DNA from: Candidatus Saccharimonadia bacterium
GTDB taxonomy: Bacteria; Patescibacteriota; Saccharimonadia; UBA4664
Length of the DNA stretch: 64,000 nucleotides
Assembly (NCBI GenBank): GCA_036488585.1
Contig: DASXHH010000009.1
Coordinates: 366-64,365 of the forward strand
Reading direction: 5' to 3'
Shown one piece after another: positions 38,325 to 47,481 of this stretch (its first letter is position 1; the number at the start of each line of letters is the position of its first letter). The notes under the pieces were generated by a model, which saw nothing but the letters and a program-made list of their open reading frames with translations, was not told where the DNA came from and did no database searches. A program made the position numbers and the translations under genes.

Positions 38325-39491
38325 CTACCCGACTTTGCCGAAGCCAGATGCCATTAAATTGAGTATCACCAGGGTGAGGCCGGAGAGCTGAGCGGCGGCG
38401 AACAGGCGGTAACGGGGGCTACGCCAGCGCGACAGACCCTTGCGCCATACCACCATGTGTGTGGCCGCGTACACGACGAGCAGCAGCAATAGCAGCATGA
38501 GCGTGGCCTGGGTATTCCAGCTGAGGGTGGCCACAACGGATAGTGGACGGAACAGACTATAGGCCTGAGGCTTGGGAGCCAAGGTGCCCGCTGGCGCCGG
38601 CGAGATTTCGCCGCTCACGACCGGCGGCGTGCCGATAGGCGTGGGCACTGGAGTGGGCGTAGGAACCGGGGTCGACACTGGAGTGGAGGCGGGGGTGGAG
38701 GCGGCGGCCACAGTGGGTCGTGGGGTGGTGGCCGGTGCTGGTGCTGCGGCCACCGGCTGGGCGGCTGTGGCGCCATAATGCGCCACCACCAACGTGGTCG
38801 GCTCGTTGGCCTGGGCTACTGGTGCGGTGCAGGTGGGCGTGGTGTAAGCCGAGCTGCCGCTCGAGGGAATGCTGTCGTAGGGCGACTGGCCGTTTTCCAC
38901 CGCGAAGCCGACGTCGGTATAGTGAGGATTGAGGATGTTGGCGCGGTGGCCGGGCGAATTCATCCAGCCATCCATCACGCCCTGGGCGGTGTCGAAGTCT
39001 TTAGCCAGGTTTTCGCCAGCGTAGGTGTAGTTGTAGCCAGCCAGCGTAAACCAGTGCCAGGGTTGGACGCAGGCCGGGCTGACATGGTTCCAGTAGTCGT
39101 TTGCGAACATGTCTTGGGCCTTCATGGAGGCGGAATTGTTAAGTCGCGCGTCCATGCGCAGAGCGGGCAAGCCACCTGCGGCGCGCTGTTGGTTGGTGAG
39201 ATCGAGCAGCTGGGTGGGCGTGATGCTGCCGGTGGCGTAGGACAGCACGTTACCGCCATTGGTGCTGCCGGCACCTTTCACTATAGGGGTCGGGGCGGAA
39301 TGGTGGATGGCCGTCGCCAGCGCGGAGGCTTGCAACCCGACGATTAGCACGGCCATCAGGGCCAGGCCGGGCAGACGGATCAAGTGGGGGCGATGGTCGT
39401 TGTGGGTATGCGGTACCAACCAGCGCTTGGCGTGACGCGCGAGGTGGTGATGCAACCGAACGGGTTGAGTTTTGCGCTTAGGTGTTCGCAT
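38325..39491 (-). CDS. CAP/SCP-domain membrane protein
   Basis: LTNQQR, KAQDM...YWNH, AGENLA, WMNSPGHRANIL; N-terminal PH..NDHRPHL and C-terminal TMs. Confidence 0.9.
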   Translation of the reverse strand: MRTPKRKTQPVRLHHHLARHAKRWLVPHTHNDHRPHLIRLPGLALMAVLIVGLQASALATAIHHSAPTPIVKGAGSTNGGNVLSYATGSITPTQLLDLTNQQRAAGGLPALRMDARLNNSASMKAQDMFANDYWNHVSPACVQPWHWFTLAGYNYTYAGENLAKDFDTAQGVMDGWMNSPGHRANILNPHYTDVGFAVENGQSPYDSIPSSGSSAYTTPTCTAPVAQANEPTTLVVAHYGATAAQPVAAAPAPATTPRPTVAAASTPASTPVSTPVPTPTPVPTPIGTPPVVSGEISPAPAGTLAPKPQAYSLFRPLSVVATLSWNTQATLMLLLLLLVVYAATHMVVWRKGLSRWRSPRYRLFAAAQLSGLTLVILNLMASGFGKVG

Positions 39492-39545
39492 AAAATGCCT
39501 ACGTTAATTGTACACAGTCTTTTTGCTGAGGTGTACCATGAGATC

Positions 39546-40268
39546 ATGGAAGTTCTTACGGTTAAGAAGTTATACAAACAGTACGGGCGGGCCGAAGCCG
39601 CTCGCGACATCAGTTTTTCAGTCGCAGAGGGTGAAATATTTTCGCTGGTGGGCCCTAACGGTGCAGGCAAATCAACCACTTTGCGTATGATCGCAACGAT
39701 CCTGCGGCCGACTGCGGGTGAGATTAAGATTGCTGGGCACGATGTACAGCAGGAGTCCGGGAAGGTCCGTGAATTAATTACCTACTTGCCAGAGGAATCG
39801 GGAGCATACAAAGCGCTAACAGGCCGGGCTTACCTTAAATTCATGGCAGGTCTGTATAGTACCGATGCGGCGAAGCAGCATGAGTACGTGCACAAAGCCG
39901 AAGAAATCACCGACTTGGGCGAGAAGTTAGATACCAAGATCGGCACTTACAGCAAGGGCATGACGCGTAAGCTACTGCTGGCCAGGGCCATGATGACTGC
40001 TCCGAGACTGGCGATACTGGATGAGCCGACCAGCGGGTTGGACGTGCTCAACTCGCTGGAGATCCGCAAATTGATCCGGCGGTTGGCCGAGCACGGCACA
40101 GCGGTACTGCTGTCGAGCCACAATATGCTCGAAATTGAATATTTATCCGACCGGATAGGCCTGATCGTGAGCGGACAACTAAAGGAAGTGGGGACGGCTG
40201 AGGCGCTCAAGTCTAAGCACAAGGCCCGGAACCTGGAAGAGGTATTTTTGAAGGTGGCACAGGCATGA
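39546..40268 (+). CDS. ABC transporter ATP-binding protein (NatA-like)
   Basis: GPNGAGKST, YSKGM, LDEPTSGLD, SSH. Confidence 0.93.
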   Translation: MEVLTVKKLYKQYGRAEAARDISFSVAEGEIFSLVGPNGAGKSTTLRMIATILRPTAGEIKIAGHDVQQESGKVRELITYLPEESGAYKALTGRAYLKFMAGLYSTDAAKQHEYVHKAEEITDLGEKLDTKIGTYSKGMTRKLLLARAMMTAPRLAILDEPTSGLDVLNSLEIRKLIRRLAEHGTAVLLSSHNMLEIEYLSDRIGLIVSGQLKEVGTAEALKSKHKARNLEEVFLKVAQA

Positions 40269-41527
40269 AACGATTTATGGTGCTGCTGGGCAAAGAGTTG
40301 CGGGAACTCCTGACACCGCAGACGATTTTGCCGATAGTGCTGGTAATTTTGGCCTTCATCGGACTGGGCAAGGTTCTTTCCCAACAGAGCAAGGTGGCGA
40401 GCAAACCCCAGCCGGTGCTGGTGGTGGACCACGATAGCACACCAGCCTCAGCGGCAGTGGCGAAGCTACTGAAGGCGAGCAACTTTGATGTGACCCAGCA
40501 AGCCAGCGACCCGGATTTCAGTCAGAACATTGCCCAAAAAGCGGTGGTAGTGATTCCGGCGGGTTTTGGACGCGACCTGGCTGCCGGCAAGCAGACCACC
40601 CTCGAGACTTACACGGTGCAGAGTGGGTTTTCGCTGGCCAAGATAGCCAACGCCACCCTCCTGACCGGCTTAACAGCCCAACTAAATACTGCCTTGGCAG
40701 CAAGCCGGATAGCGCAAATCGCACCCCGTCTGGACCCGACCAAGGTGCTGGCGCCAGTAAAGAACGACGAGCACATAGTGGCAAATGGCAAAGTGGCGAA
40801 TATTAGCCCCGACAAAATTGCCGCCTATTTGGGCTCCCAGATCACCTTCGTGCCGGTGATACTATTCATTGTGATCGTATTTGCCGGCCAAATGGTGGCT
40901 ACGGCCATGGCGAACGAGAAAGAGAATAAGACGCTGGAGACGCTGCTGTCGCTACCGATTTCGCGGACCACGATTGTCGGGGCAAAAATGCTGGCAGCCG
41001 CCATTGTGGCCGGCGCGACGGCCGTGGCCTACATTTATGGTCTTCATAGTCTGCAGTCGTCTTTCACCGGCGGCGTGGCAGTGGACGATGCCACCAAGGC
41101 GGCGGCAAGCCAGTTGGGGCTGACCCTCTCGACCAGCAGCTATGTAATGCTAGGTGTAGCTTTGTTTCTTGGGATACTGGCGGCTTTGGCGATCGCGCTG
41201 GTGCTCGGAGCATTCGCCGATAACATCAAGAGCATCCAGGCGCTAATTATGCCGCTGCTACTGCTACTATTAGTGCCGTACCTCGCAACGATGGCGACCG
41301 ACATCCAGACACTGCCTGGCTGGTTCAGGGGCGTGCTTTATGTGATTCCCTTCACCTACACCTTCCAGGCCATGCCCAACTTGTACCTCCACAACTATGG
41401 CTTGGTAGCCCTTGGCAGCCTGTATGAGTTGGTGTTTTTCATAGTGTTTATGGTAATAGCGGGGCGACTGTTCGCTTCCGACCGGCTACTAACGCTGCGT
41501 CCGGGCAGCTTGTTTTCGAGGAAATAA
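40265..41527 (+). CDS. ABC-2 permease (NatB-like)
   Basis: EKENKTLETLLSLPISR motif, 1+5 TM topology, ATGA overlap. Confidence 0.88.
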   Translation: MKRFMVLLGKELRELLTPQTILPIVLVILAFIGLGKVLSQQSKVASKPQPVLVVDHDSTPASAAVAKLLKASNFDVTQQASDPDFSQNIAQKAVVVIPAGFGRDLAAGKQTTLETYTVQSGFSLAKIANATLLTGLTAQLNTALAASRIAQIAPRLDPTKVLAPVKNDEHIVANGKVANISPDKIAAYLGSQITFVPVILFIVIVFAGQMVATAMANEKENKTLETLLSLPISRTTIVGAKMLAAAIVAGATAVAYIYGLHSLQSSFTGGVAVDDATKAAASQLGLTLSTSSYVMLGVALFLGILAALAIALVLGAFADNIKSIQALIMPLLLLLLVPYLATMATDIQTLPGWFRGVLYVIPFTYTFQAMPNLYLHNYGLVALGSLYELVFFIVFMVIAGRLFASDRLLTLRPGSLFSRK

Positions 41528-41532
41528 GCAGA

Positions 41533-43209
41533 CTACTGGCCGGCTTGAGGCGTAACCTCAGCTAGGGCCTGAGCCATCGTGAGGTTGGCGAGGCCGGCGT
41601 TGTGAACGGTAGTCATTTCGGTGGTGAAGTCGGCGGGCGTGGTGTTGTACTCGCCGGCTGCGGGATCGGTGCTGACCTGGTGGTAAACCAAGATGAGCCA
41701 GGTATGATCGGCCGCCGCCTGGTTGATCCAGGCTTGGACCTGGGCCGGAGTGGTGGTGTTGGTGATGTTTTGGACCCGCAACCGGTAGATGTCGAGGTCG
41801 TCTTTCGAGTTGTAACCGGGATCGGTGGTACGCTGTGAGGCGTAATACTGCTGAATCGCGGCGACGGTGCGGTTGTCGTAGGTGCCGTAGGGCGAGGCGA
41901 AATCGGTGACGGGACTACCAAGAACGCTCTGGAGCTTAGTTTGGCTGTTTTTGAGCTCGTTGGTCAGCCGAGTGGCCCCAAGTGTGGTGAGATCGGGGTG
42001 AGTGACCGTGTGTGAGCCAATCTCCATGCCGGCGGCCTTTAGAGCCTTCACCTGGGCCGCAGTCATATAGTCGGGCTGAGAGGTGAGGTTTCCAGAAATG
42101 ATGTAGAAGGTGCCATGTAGGCCGTTTTGCTGCAGGATGGGCAAGGCATTAGTGTACTGATTAGTAAAACCATCGTCGAGGGTGACAGTGACAAGGCCGC
42201 GACTGAAGCCAGTGGGATGGTACTGCGACATGGCATAGTCGTCGGTTTGGAGCCAGCCGTTGGAGTAGAGCAGGTGCATCACCGAGGCGGAGACGGCGCC
42301 GGCGGGCATGTCGTACTCAAGACGCTCCTTGGTCCAGCCCACGGTCTTTAAAGCTGAGCCCATGTAGAGATACTGGGTAGAGCCATCTTGCATGGTAACG
42401 GCGATGTCGACTTCGGTGGCCACATTGGATTGGTACCAGTCGGTGAAGAGGTAATGGCCGCCGGCGACTACGGGTTGGGGCTGGTACATCCAGTTGGCGG
42501 TGCCGCTCTGGTAATTCGACAGTGTGACCTTGAGGCTATGGGTGCCGGTGTGGCCGGAATTCAAATAGGCAAAAGCGTGGGTATTGGTGCCCCAGACAGT
42601 CTTTGTCCAAGAGTTGGGCTGACCGCCTGTGTTGGCTTCGACCGAGGGGTTGGGTACGCCGGAGGCAACTGCAGAACTGGCGTTGGTGAGCGAGAAGTTG
42701 TCGGTGGCGAGGGTGCCGTTGGCCGCAATTAGATGGAAAATTGTAATGAATTTGGCGTTCGCTGGGGCGGTGAAGTTGGCACTCACCTGCTGCCAGCTGG
42801 AACTCGCAGGCACGGTTTGGAGATCGAGATAGGTGTAATTGCCGGAGCCGTCATCGGACTGCACAACCACCGAGGTGCCAACGGTAGCGTGGTAGTAGTC
42901 GCTAAAAGCGTACTGCTGGCTACCGCTGACCGCCACCGGGGTGAAGTACCACTTAGCGTCTCCGCTCTGGTAGCCGGACATGGTAATACCGAGGGCGTGC
43001 GAGCCGTCCTGGGCGCCGGACGCTAGGTAGCTAAAAGTGGCCGTGCCGGTGCCCCATTGGCCTTGGCTCCAGCCCGTGGGCTGACCGGCCGAGGCGGTTT
43101 CGGCCGAGGGGTTAGCGATGATATTGGTGGAGGCAGATGCAGGGTTAATTGGCAACAACAAACTAACCGCCAGCAGTCCAGCCGCCGTGATGCGCGAAAA
43201 CAGTTTCAA
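41533..43209 (-). CDS. Secreted polysaccharide deacetylase (CE4) with two carbohydrate-binding-like domains
   Basis: Signal peptide, two NPSxE...DYY repeats, TLDDG, EIGSHTVTHP, FASPYG. Confidence 0.88.
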   Translation of the reverse strand: MKLFSRITAAGLLAVSLLLPINPASASTNIIANPSAETASAGQPTGWSQGQWGTGTATFSYLASGAQDGSHALGITMSGYQSGDAKWYFTPVAVSGSQQYAFSDYYHATVGTSVVVQSDDGSGNYTYLDLQTVPASSSWQQVSANFTAPANAKFITIFHLIAANGTLATDNFSLTNASSAVASGVPNPSVEANTGGQPNSWTKTVWGTNTHAFAYLNSGHTGTHSLKVTLSNYQSGTANWMYQPQPVVAGGHYLFTDWYQSNVATEVDIAVTMQDGSTQYLYMGSALKTVGWTKERLEYDMPAGAVSASVMHLLYSNGWLQTDDYAMSQYHPTGFSRGLVTVTLDDGFTNQYTNALPILQQNGLHGTFYIISGNLTSQPDYMTAAQVKALKAAGMEIGSHTVTHPDLTTLGATRLTNELKNSQTKLQSVLGSPVTDFASPYGTYDNRTVAAIQQYYASQRTTDPGYNSKDDLDIYRLRVQNITNTTTPAQVQAWINQAAADHTWLILVYHQVSTDPAAGEYNTTPADFTTEMTTVHNAGLANLTMAQALAEVTPQAGQ

Positions 43210-43279
43210 CCTGCTTCCTTTCAGTTATTTAGATATGAAGACGCGGGGGCTGACCCCCGGTAAATAAGGCGACTCTGGC

Positions 43280-43387
43280 TTAGTGTAGCCCTGCCCAAAG
43301 CAAAAACTGTCTGCCAGTGAATACAAACTGGTAGATCAATAATGCAGCGAGAACAGCTACGCCAATCCAGGTGATCCAGCGCTGCAT
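43280..43387 (-). CDS. 35-aa single-TM micro-protein, absent from the ORF track
   Basis: MQRWITWIGVAVLAALLIYQFVFTGRQFLLWAGLH*, ATG 4 nt after the upstream stop. Confidence 0.5.
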   Translation of the reverse strand: MQRWITWIGVAVLAALLIYQFVFTGRQFLLWAGLH

Positions 43388-43391
43388 GGTA

Positions 43392-43571
43392 TTAGCGCTT
43401 AAACATTGCCTGGGCCATGTATACAACTGCCCAAGTCGCAAGACCAGCGGCAGCAGCGACAGCCACGTGGGTAGCCGAGCTCATACCGGTCTGGGGCAAA
43501 ACAGTGGTACAGGCAGCGGCGGCGCCACCGGCGATGGTGCAGGAACCTAGAACTTGTCCGTTTCCGTACAT
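43392..43571 (-). CDS. 59-aa micro-protein with LPXTG-type sorting signal, absent from the ORF track
   Basis: MYGNGQVLGSCTIAGGAAAACTTVLPQTGMSSATHVAVAAAAGLATWAVVYMAQAMFKR*; GAAAGGA SD. Confidence 0.75.
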   Translation of the reverse strand: MYGNGQVLGSCTIAGGAAAACTTVLPQTGMSSATHVAVAAAAGLATWAVVYMAQAMFKR

Positions 43572-43585
43572 TGCTTTCCTTTCAG

Positions 43586-44671
43586 TTAATTATTACTTAC
43601 CGCTTCAGTCGCGATGCGGTATCGGCGCCCAGCGGTGCTCCAGCCTGGTGTGGCCGAGCGGAATTTGTGCTGGACGACGATTTCGTACCACGCCCTGAAG
43701 AAGGCAAACAGGTTTACAAATCGCAGGATGTAGAAGAACGGGAAGCCGGAAATCACGTCGGCGCGGTTGTTAACGCCGGCAGCCCAGACGGTGATGCCAA
43801 AGAAGATAGTGAGGTCAGTAAGGAACATGAGCGAGACGGGGCCATAATTTTGCCCCCACCAGGCCAGAAATGGCAGGATGGTGATCTCGGCCAACAGGAT
43901 GAGCTCTTCGGCTACCATCCACAACATATAGCCGTCGACGCGGTGAGGCCGCAGACCGATTTTGTGGCGCAACATAACCTGCCAGGCGCCACGATACCAG
44001 CGCATCACCTGTTTGAAGTAGTCACTGAAGTCCTTGGGATCTTGGGTGAAGGCTTTGGCTTGCGGGATGAAGGCGATCTTGCCGAGTTTCTTGCGGTGAA
44101 TCTGGATGGTGAGGTCCATATCCTCGGTCAGGGATTCGGAATTGAAGTCGAGGTGCTCCAGGATGTCGGTGCGATAAATGCAGGTGGCGCCGGGAATGAC
44201 AGGGATGGCGCCGATGGCGGCCTGAATGCGGCGCATCACCTCAAGGCCAAGCGTGTACTCGAAGGTGCGGTATTTGGAGATCCAGCCGGCCTTGATGCTC
44301 TGGAGATGTCCGGTGGCGGCACAGTATTTGGTGGACAGGCGATTGGTAAGCTCGGCAAAGTAGTTTGGACCAAAGACGCCGTCGGCGTCAGCGATGTGGA
44401 CCCACTCGTAACGATCGGCGATACCGAAGTACTTCAAGCCGCTGAGAATGGCAACGCCCTTGCCGCTTTGGGGCTGCTGAATTACGTGGCCGTCGTCAAG
44501 CATTAGATATGCCAGATCGACGGTCCAGTCGGTGGAGCCGTCGGAGACCAAGAAGATGTCCTCGCGAGGTTGGCCAGCATCAAGAGCCGAGCGAATGGTG
44601 TCGGCGACCACCATCTGCTCGTTGTGGGCTGGAATCAGCAAAGCAAGTTTTCGCTTAGGACTGCGATCCAT
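43586..44671 (-). CDS. Processive GT2 glycosyltransferase (PgaC/IcaA/cellulose-synthase-like)
   Basis: IPAHNE, DGSTD, DAD, TED and QVMRW (QxxRW) motifs; C-terminal TMs; TTGACA-17-TATGAT promoter at 44698-44726. Confidence 0.9.
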   Translation of the reverse strand: MDRSPKRKLALLIPAHNEQMVVADTIRSALDAGQPREDIFLVSDGSTDWTVDLAYLMLDDGHVIQQPQSGKGVAILSGLKYFGIADRYEWVHIADADGVFGPNYFAELTNRLSTKYCAATGHLQSIKAGWISKYRTFEYTLGLEVMRRIQAAIGAIPVIPGATCIYRTDILEHLDFNSESLTEDMDLTIQIHRKKLGKIAFIPQAKAFTQDPKDFSDYFKQVMRWYRGAWQVMLRHKIGLRPHRVDGYMLWMVAEELILLAEITILPFLAWWGQNYGPVSLMFLTDLTIFFGITVWAAGVNNRADVISGFPFFYILRFVNLFAFFRAWYEIVVQHKFRSATPGWSTAGRRYRIATEAVSNN

Positions 44672-44734
44672 TGCTACACCCTTTCGTGTGATGAAACATC
44701 ATACCGAAATTTGGTCATTTTGTCAAAGCCTACT

Positions 44735-46123
44735 TTAATGCTTAAGCTGTGGTTGGAGTTCTGCATAAGCGTCGTGTACAGTCTTCACCGAAATGCCGGA
44801 CGCGACGACTTTTTGCATGTCGTGAGCAAAGTCGACGTTGTTGCGAGAGAAGGGCGAGCCGGAGGTGTCGACCTGGTGGTACACGAGGATCAGCCAGGCA
44901 TGGTTGGCCTTGGCGGCGTCGAGCCAGCCCTGCAGTTGCTGAGGAGTAGTGTTAACGCTCATATTTACAACCTTGAGCTCGTAAGGGTTGAAGTGGTCGG
45001 CGGTGTTGAGGCCAGTGTCGGTGGAGCGGGCGGTTTGGTAGAGGCCCTTGATAGCGGTTGTGGTACGGACGTTATAGGTGCCATACGGGGCAGCGAAGTC
45101 GGTAGCGGGGTTGTAGCATTTGCTAATAGCGTTGTGCGGAATCGTCAGTTCAGTCCCCAGCTGTTTGTCATTTTGCTTGGTGAGATCGGGGTGAGTGAGG
45201 GTGTGAGATGCGATTTCGTGGCCGGCATTGCGGAAGTCGTAGATATCGCTGGCGGTTTCATAGCCCTTAGTGCCCAGAATGCCGGTCACGATGTACTGCG
45301 TGGAGACCACCCCGTACTGCTTCATGATCGGCAGGGCGTTGGCGTGGGCGCTCTCCCAGCCGTCGTCGAAGGTGATCGAAACCAGCGGCTGCTTAAACTG
45401 GGCTGACGGTGTGGCGGCCTGCAAGGAGTAATCGTCGGTCTCGAGGGCGCCGGCTCGGTCGAGGGTGTGAGATACCATGGCCTGATGCACGTTGCCAGGA
45501 ACGGCAAAGCGCACCGTGTACTGGGTCCAGTTGGTGGAGGACGGAATGGTGCCGAGGCTGTAGTAGCGCTGGTTACCCTGGTCGTCCTTGAACTGGAGGG
45601 TGACATGGGTGGTGACGTTGGAGCGGTAATAATCGCTGAACTGATAGTAGCCGTTTGGCTGGACGCTCGTGAGACCAGTGAACCAGTCGGCAGTACCGTC
45701 CTTGAAGTCGGTGATGTCAATGCGCAGCGCGCGACCGGAGTCGTGGCCCAATACTTGGGTAAACCTGGCATTGTTGTTGCCGGTGTGGTTGTTGTACCAA
45801 CTGGTGGGATTGCCGGCGCTAAGGGTTTCGACGCCGGGGTTCGGGATCAGGTTGGGGCCAGAGGTGGTGACCGGCTGCTGGATGGTGAGCGCGGTGTCGG
45901 ACTCAGAGTCGGTGGCTTGTGACGAGTTGGCGGCGCTGGGAGCATCGGCCACTAAGGCGCCAGGTGCGTTGGTACGGCCCAGGAAGGCGCCGGCTCGGCA
46001 GCGACTCTCATTAATCATCTGGACCGGGTTAACGCCGGCATAACCGACCTGAAACGATCCAAAGCCGCCGATAATTGCGGCAGCGACAAATATGACAATG
46101 CGCTTAGAGAAATGTATGGCCAT
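44735..46123 (-). CDS. Membrane-anchored polysaccharide deacetylase (CE4) with one carbohydrate-binding-like domain
   Basis: TFDDG, EIASHTLTHP, FAAPYG, WLILVYH; paralog of 41533-43209; TTGACA-17-TATGGT promoter at 46150-46178. Confidence 0.88.
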   Translation of the reverse strand: MAIHFSKRIVIFVAAAIIGGFGSFQVGYAGVNPVQMINESRCRAGAFLGRTNAPGALVADAPSAANSSQATDSESDTALTIQQPVTTSGPNLIPNPGVETLSAGNPTSWYNNHTGNNNARFTQVLGHDSGRALRIDITDFKDGTADWFTGLTSVQPNGYYQFSDYYRSNVTTHVTLQFKDDQGNQRYYSLGTIPSSTNWTQYTVRFAVPGNVHQAMVSHTLDRAGALETDDYSLQAATPSAQFKQPLVSITFDDGWESAHANALPIMKQYGVVSTQYIVTGILGTKGYETASDIYDFRNAGHEIASHTLTHPDLTKQNDKQLGTELTIPHNAISKCYNPATDFAAPYGTYNVRTTTAIKGLYQTARSTDTGLNTADHFNPYELKVVNMSVNTTPQQLQGWLDAAKANHAWLILVYHQVDTSGSPFSRNNVDFAHDMQKVVASGISVKTVHDAYAELQPQLKH

Positions 46124-46237
46124 GGTTCATAATCACAAAAGGATTAATCACCATACATTTTATCTGGTGTTTTGTCAACTGCGGCTACGTACTATTTGGG
46201 GCTTGGGAGCACGTAGCCCGCTCTTTTAGAAGCTTGT

Positions 46238-46882
46238 CTACTGGCAGCGGTGGTATTCAAGGGAAATGCGGAAACTGACCGGCTGGGTGAGCTTGGGCGT
46301 TTTGGCAATGAAATAGCGGTTGGTGGCAGTATTGGCAACAGGACAGGTCACAGTGGGAACGGTGAGCGTAGCGTCGACGGTAGTACCGGCGGAGCTGGCG
46401 ATGACGCCGGTGACCTTGAGACCGTAACCGTTGGTGAGCTCGCGGCCACTGGAGAGAGAAACGATGTCGGAGGAGTTAAAGTCGACCGGCAGGATGGGCG
46501 GAATCGAGGGCAGGCCGCTGTGTACTTGGTCCCAATACTGCTGCCAGGCGGCCTGAGTAGTGATAACTTCCTGGCGCTTGGGATAGTTGCCGCCGCTATC
46601 TCCTTCTACCATGAGTTCGAACGGCAAAGTTTGGCCGGCGGGCTCCGTTGGCGTCGTGATGGCATCGCCCAGGAAGGCGCGATGGCCGTCGCTGCAGGCG
46701 GGCGGATTGGTGTCGGTAACGATATAGCCTGCCTGGGTACACTGCGCGAACGAGGTGATGGGCGGCGCCATGCGGCCGCGAAACGCCCAGGATGCCAGCG
46801 CCGACACCACGAATAGGCCTAAGATGGCACCTCCGGCGAGGATTTGTTGACGGCGGCTAAGCGTTCGCAGAGTGATGGCCAC
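46238..46882 (-). CDS. Exported protein with PrcB C-terminal-like domain
   Basis: N-terminal TM, 'ITSFAQCTQAGY...P..C' motif, 'PVDFNS...G.ELTNGYGLKV'. Confidence 0.6.
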   Translation of the reverse strand: MAITLRTLSRRQQILAGGAILGLFVVSALASWAFRGRMAPPITSFAQCTQAGYIVTDTNPPACSDGHRAFLGDAITTPTEPAGQTLPFELMVEGDSGGNYPKRQEVITTQAAWQQYWDQVHSGLPSIPPILPVDFNSSDIVSLSSGRELTNGYGLKVTGVIASSAGTTVDATLTVPTVTCPVANTATNRYFIAKTPKLTQPVSFRISLEYHRCQ

Positions 46883-46884
46883 GA

Positions 46885-47481
46885 TTATAGCTCTTTGGTG
46901 AGGTCCGGCAGTTTACGGTTTTTTTCTTCTATGAGGTCGATGAGGTCGTCGACGAGCGCAGCGGGATCGTGATTGAAAATAATGCCGGTGCGGGCGCGCT
47001 TGGCGGATTTAAGCACGCGCTCGACCTCCTCGGTCATGCCACCGGAGCCGAGCAACACCCCAATGGGTTTGCGCTCCTCGATGGCGATGGTGAGCTCGTT
47101 TAAGGTGCCGATGCGGCCACCCACCATCACCACGGCGTCGGAGCTGCGCACGAGCAGCAGGTTGCGGCCAGTGTACTCGAAACCGGTAAAGAGGATGGTG
47201 TCGAAGGCGTCGACCGGTAGCTGGTATTTTTTGACGTGGGCAATACGACTAGCTGCCGGCGAGAAGCCGATGGAGCTGACGGTGTCGGGTGCGGCCTCTT
47301 TGGCGGCCACGGCGGCATAGTACGGCAGGCCGCGGGTGGCGCCGGAGATCACGAGGTGGCCGCGCCGCACTATTTCGCGGGCAGCCTCGGCGGCCAATTG
47401 CTTGCCCATCTCAATGCTCGGCCCGCGGGCGGCACCAGACACGCAGATCTGGTAGCGAATTTTACTAGCTTTCTGGGTCAC
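46885..47481 (-). CDS. LOG/SLOG-family nucleotide-binding protein
   Basis: SGATRGLP, GRNLLLVRSSD, GGRIGTLNE. Confidence 0.85.
   Translation of the reverse strand: MTQKASKIRYQICVSGAARGPSIEMGKQLAAEAAREIVRRGHLVISGATRGLPYYAAVAAKEAAPDTVSSIGFSPAASRIAHVKKYQLPVDAFDTILFTGFEYTGRNLLLVRSSDAVVMVGGRIGTLNELTIAIEERKPIGVLLGSGGMTEEVERVLKSAKRARTGIIFNHDPAALVDDLIDLIEEKNRKLPDLTKEL

Noticed and set aside
38620-38770. Pro/Thr/Ala repeats in the CAP protein and at 61370-61520
   Set aside because: Ordinary low-complexity linkers of surface proteins.
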